Assembly: GCA_045605345.1 (NCBI GenBank)
Contig: JAZUPT010000005.1
Location: forward strand, 11,483-75,482
Source: Candidatus Spyradenecus sp.
GTDB lineage: Bacteria > Verrucomicrobiota > Kiritimatiellia > RFP12 > DVOR01
Direction: 5' to 3'
DNA: 64,000 nt
A program made the position numbers and the translations under genes. Under the pieces are notes generated by a model. The model had not been told where the DNA came from. It saw nothing but the letters and a program-made list of their open reading frames with translations, and ran no database searches. Positions 46,164-56,077 of this stretch are shown piece after piece; position 1 is the stretch's first letter; each line of letters opens with the position of its first letter.

Positions 46164-47632
46164 CAGAAAAACGTGAAACGCTTGCCACAAGTCTTGGCTT
46201 CCTCTTAGTCTCCGCAGGATGTGCGGTTGGCCTCGGAAATGTGTGGCGATTCCCCTTTATCGTCGGACAAAACGGTGGCGCACTCTTCGTGTTGCTCTAC
46301 ATCTTCTTCCTCATCCTCTTCGGCTTGCCTATGTTGACGGCAGAGTTTGCCGTTGGCCGCGCCTCGCAACGTTCCGTGGTGTCTTCTTATGACGTGTTGA
46401 CGCCACGCCCGGGCATCTTCCGCACCATCTCTAAGCTCCAGGTCGCTGGCAACTGGTTGTTGATGATGTTCTACTCCACGGTCGCAGGGTGGATGCTCGC
46501 TTATCCAATTGCCCTCCTCAATGGTTGGTGGGACTTCTCTGGATCTGAAGCCTTCTTCGGCAATTTTACTGGCAATGCCACCGCCCAAGTCTTCTGGACT
46601 GCCATTGTGACATTCATCGGGTTCGGCGTCTGTGCGCTCGGGCTTAAAAAGGGCGTTGAAAACGTCACGAAGAAGATGATGATGATTCTCTTCGTCCTTT
46701 TGATCGGACTCTGCTTCTATGTGCTCACCTTGCCAGGCGCAGGGAATGGCGTCTCCTTCTACCTCAAGCCCTCGCTTGACATCCTCAAAGAACGCAGCCT
46801 TCCGCAAATTCTCTTTGCCGCATTGGGCCAGAGCTTCTTTACGTTGTCCTTAGGTATCGGCTCAATGTCCATCTTCGGTAGTTATACCTCTCGCAAATAC
46901 ACCCTCGCAGGCGAATCGGCAAAGATTATCGGCATTGACACCTTCGTCGCAATGATGGCTGGCTTGGTCATCTTCCCTGCGTGCTTTGCCTACAATGTTA
47001 GCCCTGACCAGGGCCCCTCTCTGATCTTCATCACGCTCCCCAAAGTCTTCGCGCAGATGCCAGGGGGACGTTGGATTGGGTCTGCCTTCTTCACCTTCTT
47101 GGCCTTAGCGGCACTCACCACTGTGATTGCGGTGATTGAAAATATCGTTGCGATGACCATGGAAGCGCGCCAGTGCACGCGCCTTCAGGCAATTAAACGC
47201 AATGCGCCCATTCTCTTCATTCTCTCCATTCCTTGCGCGCTCGGCTTCAATGTTTTGAGTGGCATCACCCCCCTCGGCAAGGGCACTTGTATCCTCGACC
47301 TTGAGGACTTCTTAGTCTCTAATATCGCCCTGCCGTTGGGCTCCCTCGCCTTCCTTATCTTCTGCGTGAGCAAGCGCTATTGGGGGTGGGACAACTTCCT
47401 CAAGGAGGCAAACACAGGCAATGGCTTGCGCCTTGCCAATTGGCTCAAGGGCTACGTCACCTATGTGGTGCTGGCGATTCTCTTGGTTGTCTTCCTCGCC
47501 TCCCTTCATCCCTTCGTGAAAAAACTCTTCCCGAGCGATCCCGCACCGACTGAACAAGTTGCCCCTGCGGAAGTCGAAGTCGCCCCTCAAGCCCCCGCTG
47601 AACCCGCGCCAACGCAACCTGCAGGGAATTAA
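46160..47632 (+). CDS. Neurotransmitter:sodium symporter (NSS/SNF) family transporter, second copy
   Basis: GLGNVWRFPFIVGQNGGALFVLLY NSS signature; ATG at 46160 overlaps the upstream stop (ATGA). Confidence 0.85.
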   Translation: MTEKRETLATSLGFLLVSAGCAVGLGNVWRFPFIVGQNGGALFVLLYIFFLILFGLPMLTAEFAVGRASQRSVVSSYDVLTPRPGIFRTISKLQVAGNWLLMMFYSTVAGWMLAYPIALLNGWWDFSGSEAFFGNFTGNATAQVFWTAIVTFIGFGVCALGLKKGVENVTKKMMMILFVLLIGLCFYVLTLPGAGNGVSFYLKPSLDILKERSLPQILFAALGQSFFTLSLGIGSMSIFGSYTSRKYTLAGESAKIIGIDTFVAMMAGLVIFPACFAYNVSPDQGPSLIFITLPKVFAQMPGGRWIGSAFFTFLALAALTTVIAVIENIVAMTMEARQCTRLQAIKRNAPILFILSIPCALGFNVLSGITPLGKGTCILDLEDFLVSNIALPLGSLAFLIFCVSKRYWGWDNFLKEANTGNGLRLANWLKGYVTYVVLAILLVVFLASLHPFVKKLFPSDPAPTEQVAPAEVEVAPQAPAEPAPTQPAGN

Positions 47633-47637
47633 TCCTG

Positions 47638-48867
47638 ATGATGCTTCGCACCCTCCTTTTTGCAACCTGCATCGTGGCCTTTTTCACCACCTTGCAGGCT
47701 GCTACAGTTCCTACAGTTACTTTATCCCCTGGCACCACCACAACGCTTGAAGCAGGCAACACCTACGAAGCCATAACCGATGGCACATACACCCTCACCA
47801 CCAATGGCACCCCCGTTGATACCACAATAAAAGTCTCCGCGAACGTCACCCTTATCTTAGATAATTGCCATATCGCCTCCACAACCAATTATCCACTCTG
47901 GCTCAGCGTCTCAAATAAAACACTTACGATTCTGTTCAAACAATCAAATCAAATCATTGCTAATAGTAGCACCTCCTCTTTCTCCCCCATTTACTCAACC
48001 GCCTCCAATTCTACACTTATCCTCGCAAAAGCACCCGGTGCGCAGGATGCCTCTCTCTTCCTTCGTGCTTCTGTCACCAAGACCTCTGCAAATCCCCCAA
48101 TTTTTACCTCAAACACAAGCTCCGTCATCATGCGCAGTGGCAACATCACCATCGCCACATCAGCCCGAACCGATGGCACCACCTCACTCATCCCTTCTCT
48201 CATCTCAACAGGCACGTTTAAAATTCATGGAGGCACTTTAACGGCACAAATGTGCCCACGCTTTAAAGCAAGTGAATTGGTGCTTTCAGACTTAACTGGA
48301 TACAAACTCCAAAATGTTGAAGGAGTCGTCTCCCCGCTCTTTAATTGCACCTCCTTTACCATGACAGGCGGCATCCTCACCACCGCAGGTGATAAGGTGT
48401 GCCCTTATGGAGATCTCCAACTTGTTGCCACCACACAAGCCTATGACACCTCTTATGCTTATGCGCAAAAGCATCTGAACAATCTCACCTCTGCCACCAC
48501 CATCTCCCAGACGGGTGGCAGTATCTGTGGCCCAACTGCCGCCTCCTTTTACGGCTTCCCGCCCGACAAATCCATTCCGTCTGCCTGTTTTTCCACAGGT
48601 GAGTCCGTCACCTCTGATGAGAATGGAAAAGTCAGCGTAACTGGAGCTTACCCCACGTTATGCTATGCCACCCCTCAGTCCCAAGCGATAGCAGAGGTCA
48701 TCGGAGCACCGTTAAAACCGACTGAAAAGGGTATTTTAGCCGAAGCCACCTTAGGCATTAGCGATATCCAAATTGACACAGAAACCCTCGCCCCCGTTTT
48801 GATTCTTGCGCTTGACATTCCAGGAGACACCACCTCCACGGAAAAACTCTTTCAATCCAAGTCTTGA
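47638..48867 (+). CDS. Secreted Ser/Thr-rich hypothetical protein (possible beta-helix/adhesin-like)
   Basis: Signal peptide MMLRTLLFATCIVAFFTTLQA. Repetitive T/S/N-rich sequence with alternating short hydrophobic strands; slightly lower GC than its surroundings. Confidence 0.5.
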   Translation: MMLRTLLFATCIVAFFTTLQAATVPTVTLSPGTTTTLEAGNTYEAITDGTYTLTTNGTPVDTTIKVSANVTLILDNCHIASTTNYPLWLSVSNKTLTILFKQSNQIIANSSTSSFSPIYSTASNSTLILAKAPGAQDASLFLRASVTKTSANPPIFTSNTSSVIMRSGNITIATSARTDGTTSLIPSLISTGTFKIHGGTLTAQMCPRFKASELVLSDLTGYKLQNVEGVVSPLFNCTSFTMTGGILTTAGDKVCPYGDLQLVATTQAYDTSYAYAQKHLNNLTSATTISQTGGSICGPTAASFYGFPPDKSIPSACFSTGESVTSDENGKVSVTGAYPTLCYATPQSQAIAEVIGAPLKPTEKGILAEATLGISDIQIDTETLAPVLILALDIPGDTTSTEKLFQSKS

Positions 48868-49039
48868 GCGACACCTCCGACACACCTTCTACCGTGATCC
48901 TTGATCAAACAATCACTTTTACGCGAGCCTCGCCCTCCGGACACTTCACCACAAGCGTCACTTGTCCCTCCCCCACAACCATTGGCTCCACGCGCTACCG
49001 CATCCGCGCATACAACTAACCCCTCCCTCTTTCTCTCCG

Positions 49040-49260
49040 TGAGCATCACTAAAAGCATCCATCAGGATGCATAGCGTGCAAGACTCAATCCTGCCGCAGG
49101 GTGTGGGGGCGCGCCGTCCCACACTTCCCCCCCTAGCCAGCCACCACCCAGAGCGGTACCACACTAAACCGCGGTTGCTTAGACGCCGGCATTTATCGTG
49201 GCCACGGCCCACTGCGGCAGGGGGGCACTCTGGATTACGGGTGGATAGAAGACGAATATC
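49040..49260. repeat. Inverted-orientation copy of the GC-rich palindromic repeat family seen at 9.5-10.2 kb
   Basis: Reverse complement of 49040-49150 matches the ~115-nt module (…CCCCCACACCCTGCGGCAGGATTGAGTCTTGCACGCTATGCATCCTGATGGATGCTTTTAGTGATGCTCAC…). 49186-49240 carries the ATTTATCGTGGCCACGGCCCAC / GCACTCTGGAT modules. Confidence 0.75.
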
Positions 49261-49540
49261 ACCTATCCTTAACTTATCTGATAGACGGGCCGTTGCCCGT
49301 CTAATCTATCCCTTTTGAGATGATCTCCGTCGGCAGAGCACCGAGGTGGCGACTAAAAAAGGATGCCCTAGCCTACATTTAAGGTCTCCTCTGATGTCAC
49401 CTTTATTAGTAGGAAATTAATCTTCATTTCCCCTCTATTAGTCTTGACGAATAGTCCCTTCTTTTGTCAAACTTTAACGTAACACTCATGAATGGGGAGG
49501 ACGCTTCCCATAGACGTTATAAGATTAAGGAGAGACTCCA

Positions 49541-50017
49541 ATGAGTCAGGATACGAAGACCCTTACGCCGGAATTGCGCGCTTTCATCGAAGAATGGAAA
49601 CCGCGTCCAGGCAATTTGATTATGGTATTGCACCGAATCCAGCAGACGTACGGCTATATGCCGCGCGAAATCGTGTTGGAACTTGCGGATCTCTTAGAGG
49701 TGCCGTTGGCGAAGATTTACGGTGTGATTACCTTCTACAACTTCTTCAAGTTGAAGCAACCCGGTCGTAACCTGATTCAGGTCTGCCTTGGTACGGCGTG
49801 CTACCTCAAGGGCGGCGATGACATCATGAAGGCGTTGGAACAGGAACTCGGCGTCGGCGTGAATACGGTCACTCCTGACGGCGAATTCTCCACCGAAGCG
49901 GTGCGTTGCCTCGGATGCTGCGGCTTGGCGCCGGTGATTGTGATTAACGGCGAAGTCTTCGGTAAAGTGACCAAGGCAATGTTGCCGGGAATTCTGGATA
50001 AGTTCCGTAACAAGTAA
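49541..50017 (+). CDS. NuoE-like [2Fe-2S] subunit of a multimeric [FeFe] hydrogenase (HndA/HydC-like)
   Basis: Thioredoxin-like 2Fe-2S motif CLGTACYLKGG ... CLGCCGLAPV; AAGGAGAG RBS. Confidence 0.8.
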   Translation: MSQDTKTLTPELRAFIEEWKPRPGNLIMVLHRIQQTYGYMPREIVLELADLLEVPLAKIYGVITFYNFFKLKQPGRNLIQVCLGTACYLKGGDDIMKALEQELGVGVNTVTPDGEFSTEAVRCLGCCGLAPVIVINGEVFGKVTKAMLPGILDKFRNK

Positions 50018-50026
50018 GGAGCAGCC

Positions 50027-51886
50027 ATGTCCGAAAAACTTACACGTGAATCTCTTGACGCACTGCGTGCGCGCTTGACTGAAGCCAACAAGAAGGATGA
50101 AGTCGGCGGTAAGCAGTATTTGCTCGTTTGCGGTGGTACCGCTTGTGACTCCAATGGCGGCCTGGCGCTCTACGCAGCCCTGAAGAAGGCGGCTGAATAT
50201 GCTGGCGCAAATGTGAGCATCGTCCGTACGGGCTGCATGGGCTTCTGCGAACGCGGTCCGATTGTTAAGGTCCTCCCCTCCGACACCTTCTATGTGGACG
50301 TGAAGCCCGAAGATGCCGCAGCAATTATCAACGAACACATTGTCGGCGGCAAGGTTGTCGCACGTTTGCTCTACGATAAGAGCCAGGCAGAAGCGGGCCA
50401 TGAAGGCAAGGATATCGACTTCTATGCCAAGCAGCAGCGTATCGTGCTCCGTCACTGCGGTTTGATTGACCCTGAAAAGATTGACGATTACATCGCACAC
50501 GAAGGTTATTTGGGCCTCGAAAAGGCACTCTTTGAAATGACGCCCGAAGGCATCATTCAGGAGATTCTTGACTCTGGTCTGCGTGGCCGTGGTGGTGCAG
50601 GCTTCCCGACGGGTAAGAAGTGGCAGTTCTCTGCCGCTGTTCAGGCCGATCAGAAGTACATCGTGTGTAACGCTGACGAAGGCGACCCGGGCGCATACAT
50701 GGACCGCTCCACGTTGGAAGGCGACCCCCATGCCATCCTCGAAGCGATGATGATTGCAGGTCGCGCTACGGGCGCCACAAAGGGTTTCATCTATATCCGC
50801 GCCGAATATCCGCTGGCCATTAAGCGCCTGCAGATCGCTATTGAACAGGCTCGTGAATACGGCTTGCTCGGTTGCGAAAACATCCTCGGCACGGACTTCA
50901 CCTTCGACATTGAGCTTCGCTTCGGCGCAGGCGCATTCGTGTGCGGTGAAGAAACGGCTCTTCTCGCCTCCATTGAAGGTAAGCGTGGCCAACCGACCCC
51001 GCGTCCTCCCTTCCCTGCAGTGAAGGGTCTCTGGGGAAAGCCCACTGTTATCAACAACGTGGAAACCCTCGCCAACGTCGCCGTCATCATCACCAAGGGC
51101 GCCAAGTGGTTCAGCTCCATCGGCACCGCCACCAGCAAGGGCACCAAGGTCTTCGCGCTCACGGGTAAGGTGAAGAACTCCGGTTTGATCGAAGTGCCGA
51201 TGGGCATCACCCTTCGCGAAATCATCTTTGACATCGGCGGTGGCATCCCCAACGGCCGCACCTTCAAGGCCGCTCAGACCGGTGGCCCTTCTGGCGGTAT
51301 GATTCCGCCCGAATTCCTCGACATGCCCATTGACTACGAATCGCTCGCAAAGATTGGCTCCATCATGGGTTCTGGCGGTTTGATCGTCATGGACGACACC
51401 GACTGCATCGTGGACGTGGCAAAGTTCTACCTCGAATTCACCGTGGATGAAAGCTGCGGCAAGTGCATGCCCTGCCGTATCGGTGGCCGTGCGCTGCTCA
51501 ACACGCTCACTCGCATCTCCGAAGGCAAGGGTGAACCTGAAGACATTCAGAAGATGCGTGACATCTGCGATGCAATGAATCGCGCCTCCCTCTGCGGCTT
51601 GGGCCAGACGGCTTCTAACCCCGTGCAGGCAATGTTGCGCTACTTCATGGACGAAGTGCTCGCACACATCAATGACCGCAAGTGCCCCTCTGGCAAGTGC
51701 AAGAAGTTGGTGCAGTATCGCATCAATCCGGCACGCTGCGTGGGATGCACCATGTGTGCCCGCGTCTGCCCTGCTGATGCAATCGCTGGTAAAATCAAAG
51801 AAAAGCACGTCATTGATCCGCAGAAGTGCGTGAAGTGCGGTCAGTGCTACAACACTTGTAAGTTGCACGCCATTGAACTCGCCTGA
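50027..51886 (+). CDS. NuoF-like NAD(P)H-binding FMN/Fe-S subunit of [FeFe] hydrogenase (HndC/HydB-like)
   Basis: GRGGAGFPTG FMN/NADH motif; N-terminal 2Fe-2S domain; C-terminal 2x CxxCxxCxxxCP ferredoxin motifs; 619 aa. Confidence 0.85.
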   Translation: MSEKLTRESLDALRARLTEANKKDEVGGKQYLLVCGGTACDSNGGLALYAALKKAAEYAGANVSIVRTGCMGFCERGPIVKVLPSDTFYVDVKPEDAAAIINEHIVGGKVVARLLYDKSQAEAGHEGKDIDFYAKQQRIVLRHCGLIDPEKIDDYIAHEGYLGLEKALFEMTPEGIIQEILDSGLRGRGGAGFPTGKKWQFSAAVQADQKYIVCNADEGDPGAYMDRSTLEGDPHAILEAMMIAGRATGATKGFIYIRAEYPLAIKRLQIAIEQAREYGLLGCENILGTDFTFDIELRFGAGAFVCGEETALLASIEGKRGQPTPRPPFPAVKGLWGKPTVINNVETLANVAVIITKGAKWFSSIGTATSKGTKVFALTGKVKNSGLIEVPMGITLREIIFDIGGGIPNGRTFKAAQTGGPSGGMIPPEFLDMPIDYESLAKIGSIMGSGGLIVMDDTDCIVDVAKFYLEFTVDESCGKCMPCRIGGRALLNTLTRISEGKGEPEDIQKMRDICDAMNRASLCGLGQTASNPVQAMLRYFMDEVLAHINDRKCPSGKCKKLVQYRINPARCVGCTMCARVCPADAIAGKIKEKHVIDPQKCVKCGQCYNTCKLHAIELA

Positions 51887-51897
51887 GGAGCGTTACC

Positions 51898-53661
51898 ATG
51901 GAAGAAGCAAAGAAAATGATTCATTTGGAAATCAACGGCATCGCCGTGGAAGTTCCTGAAGGCACCACCATTCTTGAAGCCGCTCGCAAGGTGGCCATCC
52001 GCATCCCGACCCTCTGCCACCACCCTGACATCAAGGCGTGGGCAGCTTGCGGTATCTGCGTGGTGCGTAATGGCAACTCACCGAAATTGCTCCGCGCTTG
52101 CTGCACAGAAGTGGCAGAAGGCATGCATATCACCACACACGATCCGGACATCGTCCAGATCCGTAAGACCGTGGTGGAATTAATCCTCAGCACGCACCCG
52201 AACGACTGCTTGCGTTGCCCCCGCTCGGGCAACTGCGAATTGCAGCGCGTGGCGGCTGAGTTCGGTATCCGCGAAGTGCCCTTCCCGCGCCCTGCGATTG
52301 AACACATTGAACGCGACACCAGCACGCCCTCGATCGTGCTTGAGCCAGATAAGTGCATCAAGTGTGGCCGCTGCGCAATCGTCTGCCAGGAAATGCAGAA
52401 CGTGTGGGCGCTCGAATTCATCGGCCGTGGCGAAAAGATGAAGATCGCACCCGCCGCAGATGTGCCGTTGAATGACTCTCCGTGCATCAAGTGCGGTCAG
52501 TGCTCCGCGCACTGCCCCGTCGGCGCTATCTACGAAAAGGATGAAACCAGCAAGGTGTGGAATGCCCTTCGCGACCCCGAACGTTACACTGCAGTGCAGA
52601 TTGCGCCGGCAGTGCGCGTGGCGCTGGGTGAAGCCTTCGGCATGAAGCCAGGCGAACTCTCCACTGGCAAGATTTACACCGCACTCCGCCGTTTGGGCTT
52701 CGAAGCAGTCTTTGACACCAACTTCTCTGCCGACCTCACCATCATGGAAGAAGGCACTGAATTCGTCCAGCGCTTCACGCAGGGTGGCGAGCTCCCGCTC
52801 ATCACCTCCTGCTGCCCGTCGTGGACGGACTGGATGGAAAAGTATGCCACCGACTTCATCCCCAACTTCTCCACCGCAAAGAGCCCGCAGCAGATGCTCG
52901 GCGTGATGGCAAAGACCTACTTCGCAGAAAAGATGGGCATCAACCCCGCTTCGATGTACGTGGTCTCAATTATGCCGTGCACGGCGAAGAAGTACGAAAT
53001 CACCCGTTCCGACGAAATGCACGCCTCTGGTTACCAGGACGTCGACGTGGTGTTGACCACCCGTGAATTGGCGCGTATGATCAAGATCGCAGGCCTCGAC
53101 TTCAACAATCTGCCTGAAAGTGATGCAGACTCCATCCTCGGCGAATACACCGGTGCTGGCACCCTCTTTGGTGCAACAGGTGGTGTGATGGAAGCTGCGC
53201 TTCGTTCGGCCTACTACCTCATCACCAAGGAAGAACTTGCCAACCTCGACTTCACGCAAGTGCGCGGTTTGGACGGCGTGAAGGAAGCAGTCATTGACAT
53301 CAAGGGCACCAAGGTCTCCATCGCAGTGGCTCACCAGATGGGCAACGTGGAACAGGTGTTGAATGCCATCCGCGAAGACCGCAAGGCTGGTCGCCCGCCG
53401 CGTTGGCAGTTCATTGAAGTGATGGCTTGCCGTGGTGGTTGCATCGGTGGTGGTGGTCAGCCCACACTCGCAACGGATGAAATCCGCAAGATGCGTATGG
53501 AAGGCCTCTACAAGGATGACCGCGAAAAGGCAATCCGTTGCTCGCACCAGAACCCGCAGATCACGAAGATCTACGAAGACTTCTTGGGCACGCCTTGCAG
53601 CGAAAAGGCTCATCACCTCCTGCACACGCACTACTCTGCCAAGCCGGTTTACGCCAAGTAA
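51898..53661 (+). CDS. hydA: [FeFe] hydrogenase catalytic subunit (HydA/HndD-like)
   Basis: H-cluster motifs TSCCPSW (L1), MPCTAKKYE (L2), EVMACRGGCIGGGGQP (L3); N-terminal 2Fe-2S and 4Fe-4S ferredoxin domains. Confidence 0.9.
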   Translation: MEEAKKMIHLEINGIAVEVPEGTTILEAARKVAIRIPTLCHHPDIKAWAACGICVVRNGNSPKLLRACCTEVAEGMHITTHDPDIVQIRKTVVELILSTHPNDCLRCPRSGNCELQRVAAEFGIREVPFPRPAIEHIERDTSTPSIVLEPDKCIKCGRCAIVCQEMQNVWALEFIGRGEKMKIAPAADVPLNDSPCIKCGQCSAHCPVGAIYEKDETSKVWNALRDPERYTAVQIAPAVRVALGEAFGMKPGELSTGKIYTALRRLGFEAVFDTNFSADLTIMEEGTEFVQRFTQGGELPLITSCCPSWTDWMEKYATDFIPNFSTAKSPQQMLGVMAKTYFAEKMGINPASMYVVSIMPCTAKKYEITRSDEMHASGYQDVDVVLTTRELARMIKIAGLDFNNLPESDADSILGEYTGAGTLFGATGGVMEAALRSAYYLITKEELANLDFTQVRGLDGVKEAVIDIKGTKVSIAVAHQMGNVEQVLNAIREDRKAGRPPRWQFIEVMACRGGCIGGGGQPTLATDEIRKMRMEGLYKDDREKAIRCSHQNPQITKIYEDFLGTPCSEKAHHLLHTHYSAKPVYAK

Positions 53662-53680
53662 GCCTAAGCGCAGAGCGCAA

Positions 53681-53719
53681 ACACAGATGCCGCCCACCCG
53701 GGTGGCATCTGTGTTTTTA
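53681..53719 (+). terminator. Rho-independent terminator after hydA
   Basis: ACACAGATGCC-GCCCACCCGGGT-GGCATCTGTGT hairpin followed by TTTTTAG. Confidence 0.65.
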
Positions 53720-53966
53720 GCCACCTGCATCACACAATTAAGCACCCCTTCCCCGTGCTCCATACCGTGCAAATTCTCGCTCTACACGTCTTCTCGCGCC
53801 ACAAATATCCCCGCTTCGCCGCTCCCGCACAATCTCTGCCAACCAATACACCCGTCACCTCATAGACAATCTTTCTCTCTATCTATTAACAAATAAGAAT
53901 GAAATTTTGCTATAATTAGGGGCGAGATTTTATTTTTTACTCAGACGACTTAGAAGGACACCCGCA

Positions 53967-54806
53967 ATGTGGGACTACACTGACACAGTGATGGATCATT
54001 TTCGCCACCCGCGAAATGTCGGTATTATCGACAATCCTGATGGAAAGGCAACCGTTGGCTCGTTAGCTTGCGGAGACGCTTTGACCTTTATGTTCAAGTT
54101 GGATGCTGAGGGTAAAATCGCAGAAGCGAAGTTCCAAACCTTTGGATGCGCAAGTGCGGTGGCATCAAGCTCTGCATTGACCGAAATGGTCATCGGCAAG
54201 ACGCTCGAAGAAGCCGAAAAGATTACCAACCGCGAAATTGCAGCCTATTTGGGTGGTTTGCCCGATCAGAAGATGCACTGCTCCGTCATGGGTAAGGAAG
54301 CATTAGAAGCCGCAATTCACAACTATCGCACAGGCGAAGAGAGCGTCGTGCAGGTCCACGAAGAAATTGTCTGTTCGTGCTTTGGTGTCTCGCGCGAAGA
54401 AATTGAACGCGTCACCCGTGAAAACAATCTCCACTCCGTGGAAGAAGTCACCAACTTCTGCAAAGCTGGTGGCGGTTGCGGCATGTGCCGTGATCGCATT
54501 CAGGAAATCGTGGACGAAGTGAATCACACCGCCGCGGCGGCAGCAGCCCCTGTGCCCGCCCCCAAGAAGATGACGGTGTTGCAGAAGATTAAGCTGATTG
54601 AACAAACGCTTGAAGAGCAAGTGCGCCCTGTCTTGCGTAAAGATGGTGGTGATGTGGAATTGATTGATGTCGATGGCGACATCGTCCGCATCTCCTTCCG
54701 TGGGATGTGCGCAGGGTGTCGTAGCGCGGCGCTCACGCGTGACAATCTCATCGCCACTGCATTACACGAATTTGTTGACCCCGCCATCACGGTAGTCATG
54801 GAGTAA
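53967..54806 (+). CDS. nifU: NifU-type Fe-S cluster assembly scaffold protein
   Basis: IscU-like N-domain (GSLACGDALTF ... GCASAVASS), central CxxC Bfd-like domain, C-terminal Nfu domain; 279 aa. Confidence 0.8.
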   Translation: MWDYTDTVMDHFRHPRNVGIIDNPDGKATVGSLACGDALTFMFKLDAEGKIAEAKFQTFGCASAVASSSALTEMVIGKTLEEAEKITNREIAAYLGGLPDQKMHCSVMGKEALEAAIHNYRTGEESVVQVHEEIVCSCFGVSREEIERVTRENNLHSVEEVTNFCKAGGGCGMCRDRIQEIVDEVNHTAAAAAAPVPAPKKMTVLQKIKLIEQTLEEQVRPVLRKDGGDVELIDVDGDIVRISFRGMCAGCRSAALTRDNLIATALHEFVDPAITVVME

Positions 54807-54808
54807 CC

Positions 54809-55981
54809 ATGTCCGAAATTATCTATCTGGACAATAATGCTACCACACGCCCCGCACCAGAAGTGGTCGAGGCGATGCTCCCCTATTTCAATGAAGCATG
54901 GGGAAATCCGTCCAGCATGCATGCATTCGGCGGCCATGTCGCGCGCCCTGTAGCAGAGGCTCGTGAAACCGTGGCGAACTTCCTTGGCGCAGAACGCCCC
55001 GAAGAAATCCTCTTTGAAGGGTGTGCCACTGAAGCAGATAACCATGCCATCCTCGGTGTAGCCGCGGCATGGAATCAGCCTGGTACGATTATCACCAGTC
55101 GTGTGGAACACCCCGCCGTCCTCGGTCCTTGCTTGCGTTTGCGCGAATTAGGGCACAACGTCATTGAAATTGGCGTCAACAACGAAGGCCTTTTTGACTT
55201 GGAAGCCTATGAAGCCGCGCTCGCCGCCACGCCGGGACCGAAGTTGGTCTCCGTGATGTGGGCGAACAATGAAACCGGTGTCATCTTCCCAATTCGTAAA
55301 ATTGCCGAACTCGGCAAAGCCGCAGGTGCTACGATTCATACCGATGCCGTCCAAGCCGCAGGTAAACTTGCAATCAACGTAAAGGATGTGCCCGTAGACT
55401 TGTTGACCATCGCCGGCCATAAAATGCACGCGCCGAAAGGTATTGGCGTGCTGTATGTCCGTCGTGGCACCCGCATCAAACCCCTTATTCTCGGAGGCCA
55501 CCAAGAGCGCGGTCGCCGCGGTGGCACAGAAAATGTGCCCTACATCATCGGCTTAGCAAAGGCGTGCGAACTCGCAACCGCCGCACTCTCCGATGGCTCT
55601 GAGACCCGCATCGCACGGTTACGCGACAAGCTTGAAGCAGGCTTGCTCGCCACCTGCCCCGATAGCCGAGTGAACGGTTGTCGTACGTGCCGCGTCCCCA
55701 ACACGCTTAATATCTCCTTTGAATACATCGAAGGAGAAAGTGTTCTCTATCATTTGAGCGACCGCGGCATTTGTGCCAGTTCTGGCTCTGCCTGTGCAGC
55801 AGGCAGTCTAGAACCCAGTCATGTGATTCGTGCGATGGGCGTGCCATTCACTGCCGTCCATGGATCCATCCGTTTTTCCCTCAGTCGTTATACAACGGAG
55901 CATGAAATTGACACCACCCTGCGTCACGTCCCTGAAGTGGTCGCGGAAATGCGGGCGTTGTCCCCCTTTGTAAAACACTGA
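54809..55981 (+). CDS. nifS: Cysteine desulfurase NifS
   Basis: PLP lysine region (TIAGHKMHAPKG) and catalytic SSGSACAAGS loop; 390 aa. Confidence 0.85.
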   Translation: MSEIIYLDNNATTRPAPEVVEAMLPYFNEAWGNPSSMHAFGGHVARPVAEARETVANFLGAERPEEILFEGCATEADNHAILGVAAAWNQPGTIITSRVEHPAVLGPCLRLRELGHNVIEIGVNNEGLFDLEAYEAALAATPGPKLVSVMWANNETGVIFPIRKIAELGKAAGATIHTDAVQAAGKLAINVKDVPVDLLTIAGHKMHAPKGIGVLYVRRGTRIKPLILGGHQERGRRGGTENVPYIIGLAKACELATAALSDGSETRIARLRDKLEAGLLATCPDSRVNGCRTCRVPNTLNISFEYIEGESVLYHLSDRGICASSGSACAAGSLEPSHVIRAMGVPFTAVHGSIRFSLSRYTTEHEIDTTLRHVPEVVAEMRALSPFVKH

Positions 55982-56077
55982 GTCCCTCCGCGTCCTAATG
56001 GCGCGTCTTATATCCAATCCTGTTCCGGCAGATGCCGTCGCTTAGGCTTCCCGGAATAACTACTGAAAGGTAACCCC

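Noticed and set aside
49694-51868. 724-aa minus-strand ORF, and similar long antisense ORFs at 56060-57115, 60855-61847, 16816-17715, 23481-24113 and 14540-15112.
   Set aside because: They lie antisense to genes with strong, motif-supported calls (NuoF-like/HydA, ompA-like, pheS, hydG, PPIase, permease). Long stop-free antisense frames are expected at this GC content. No conserved motifs were seen in their translations.
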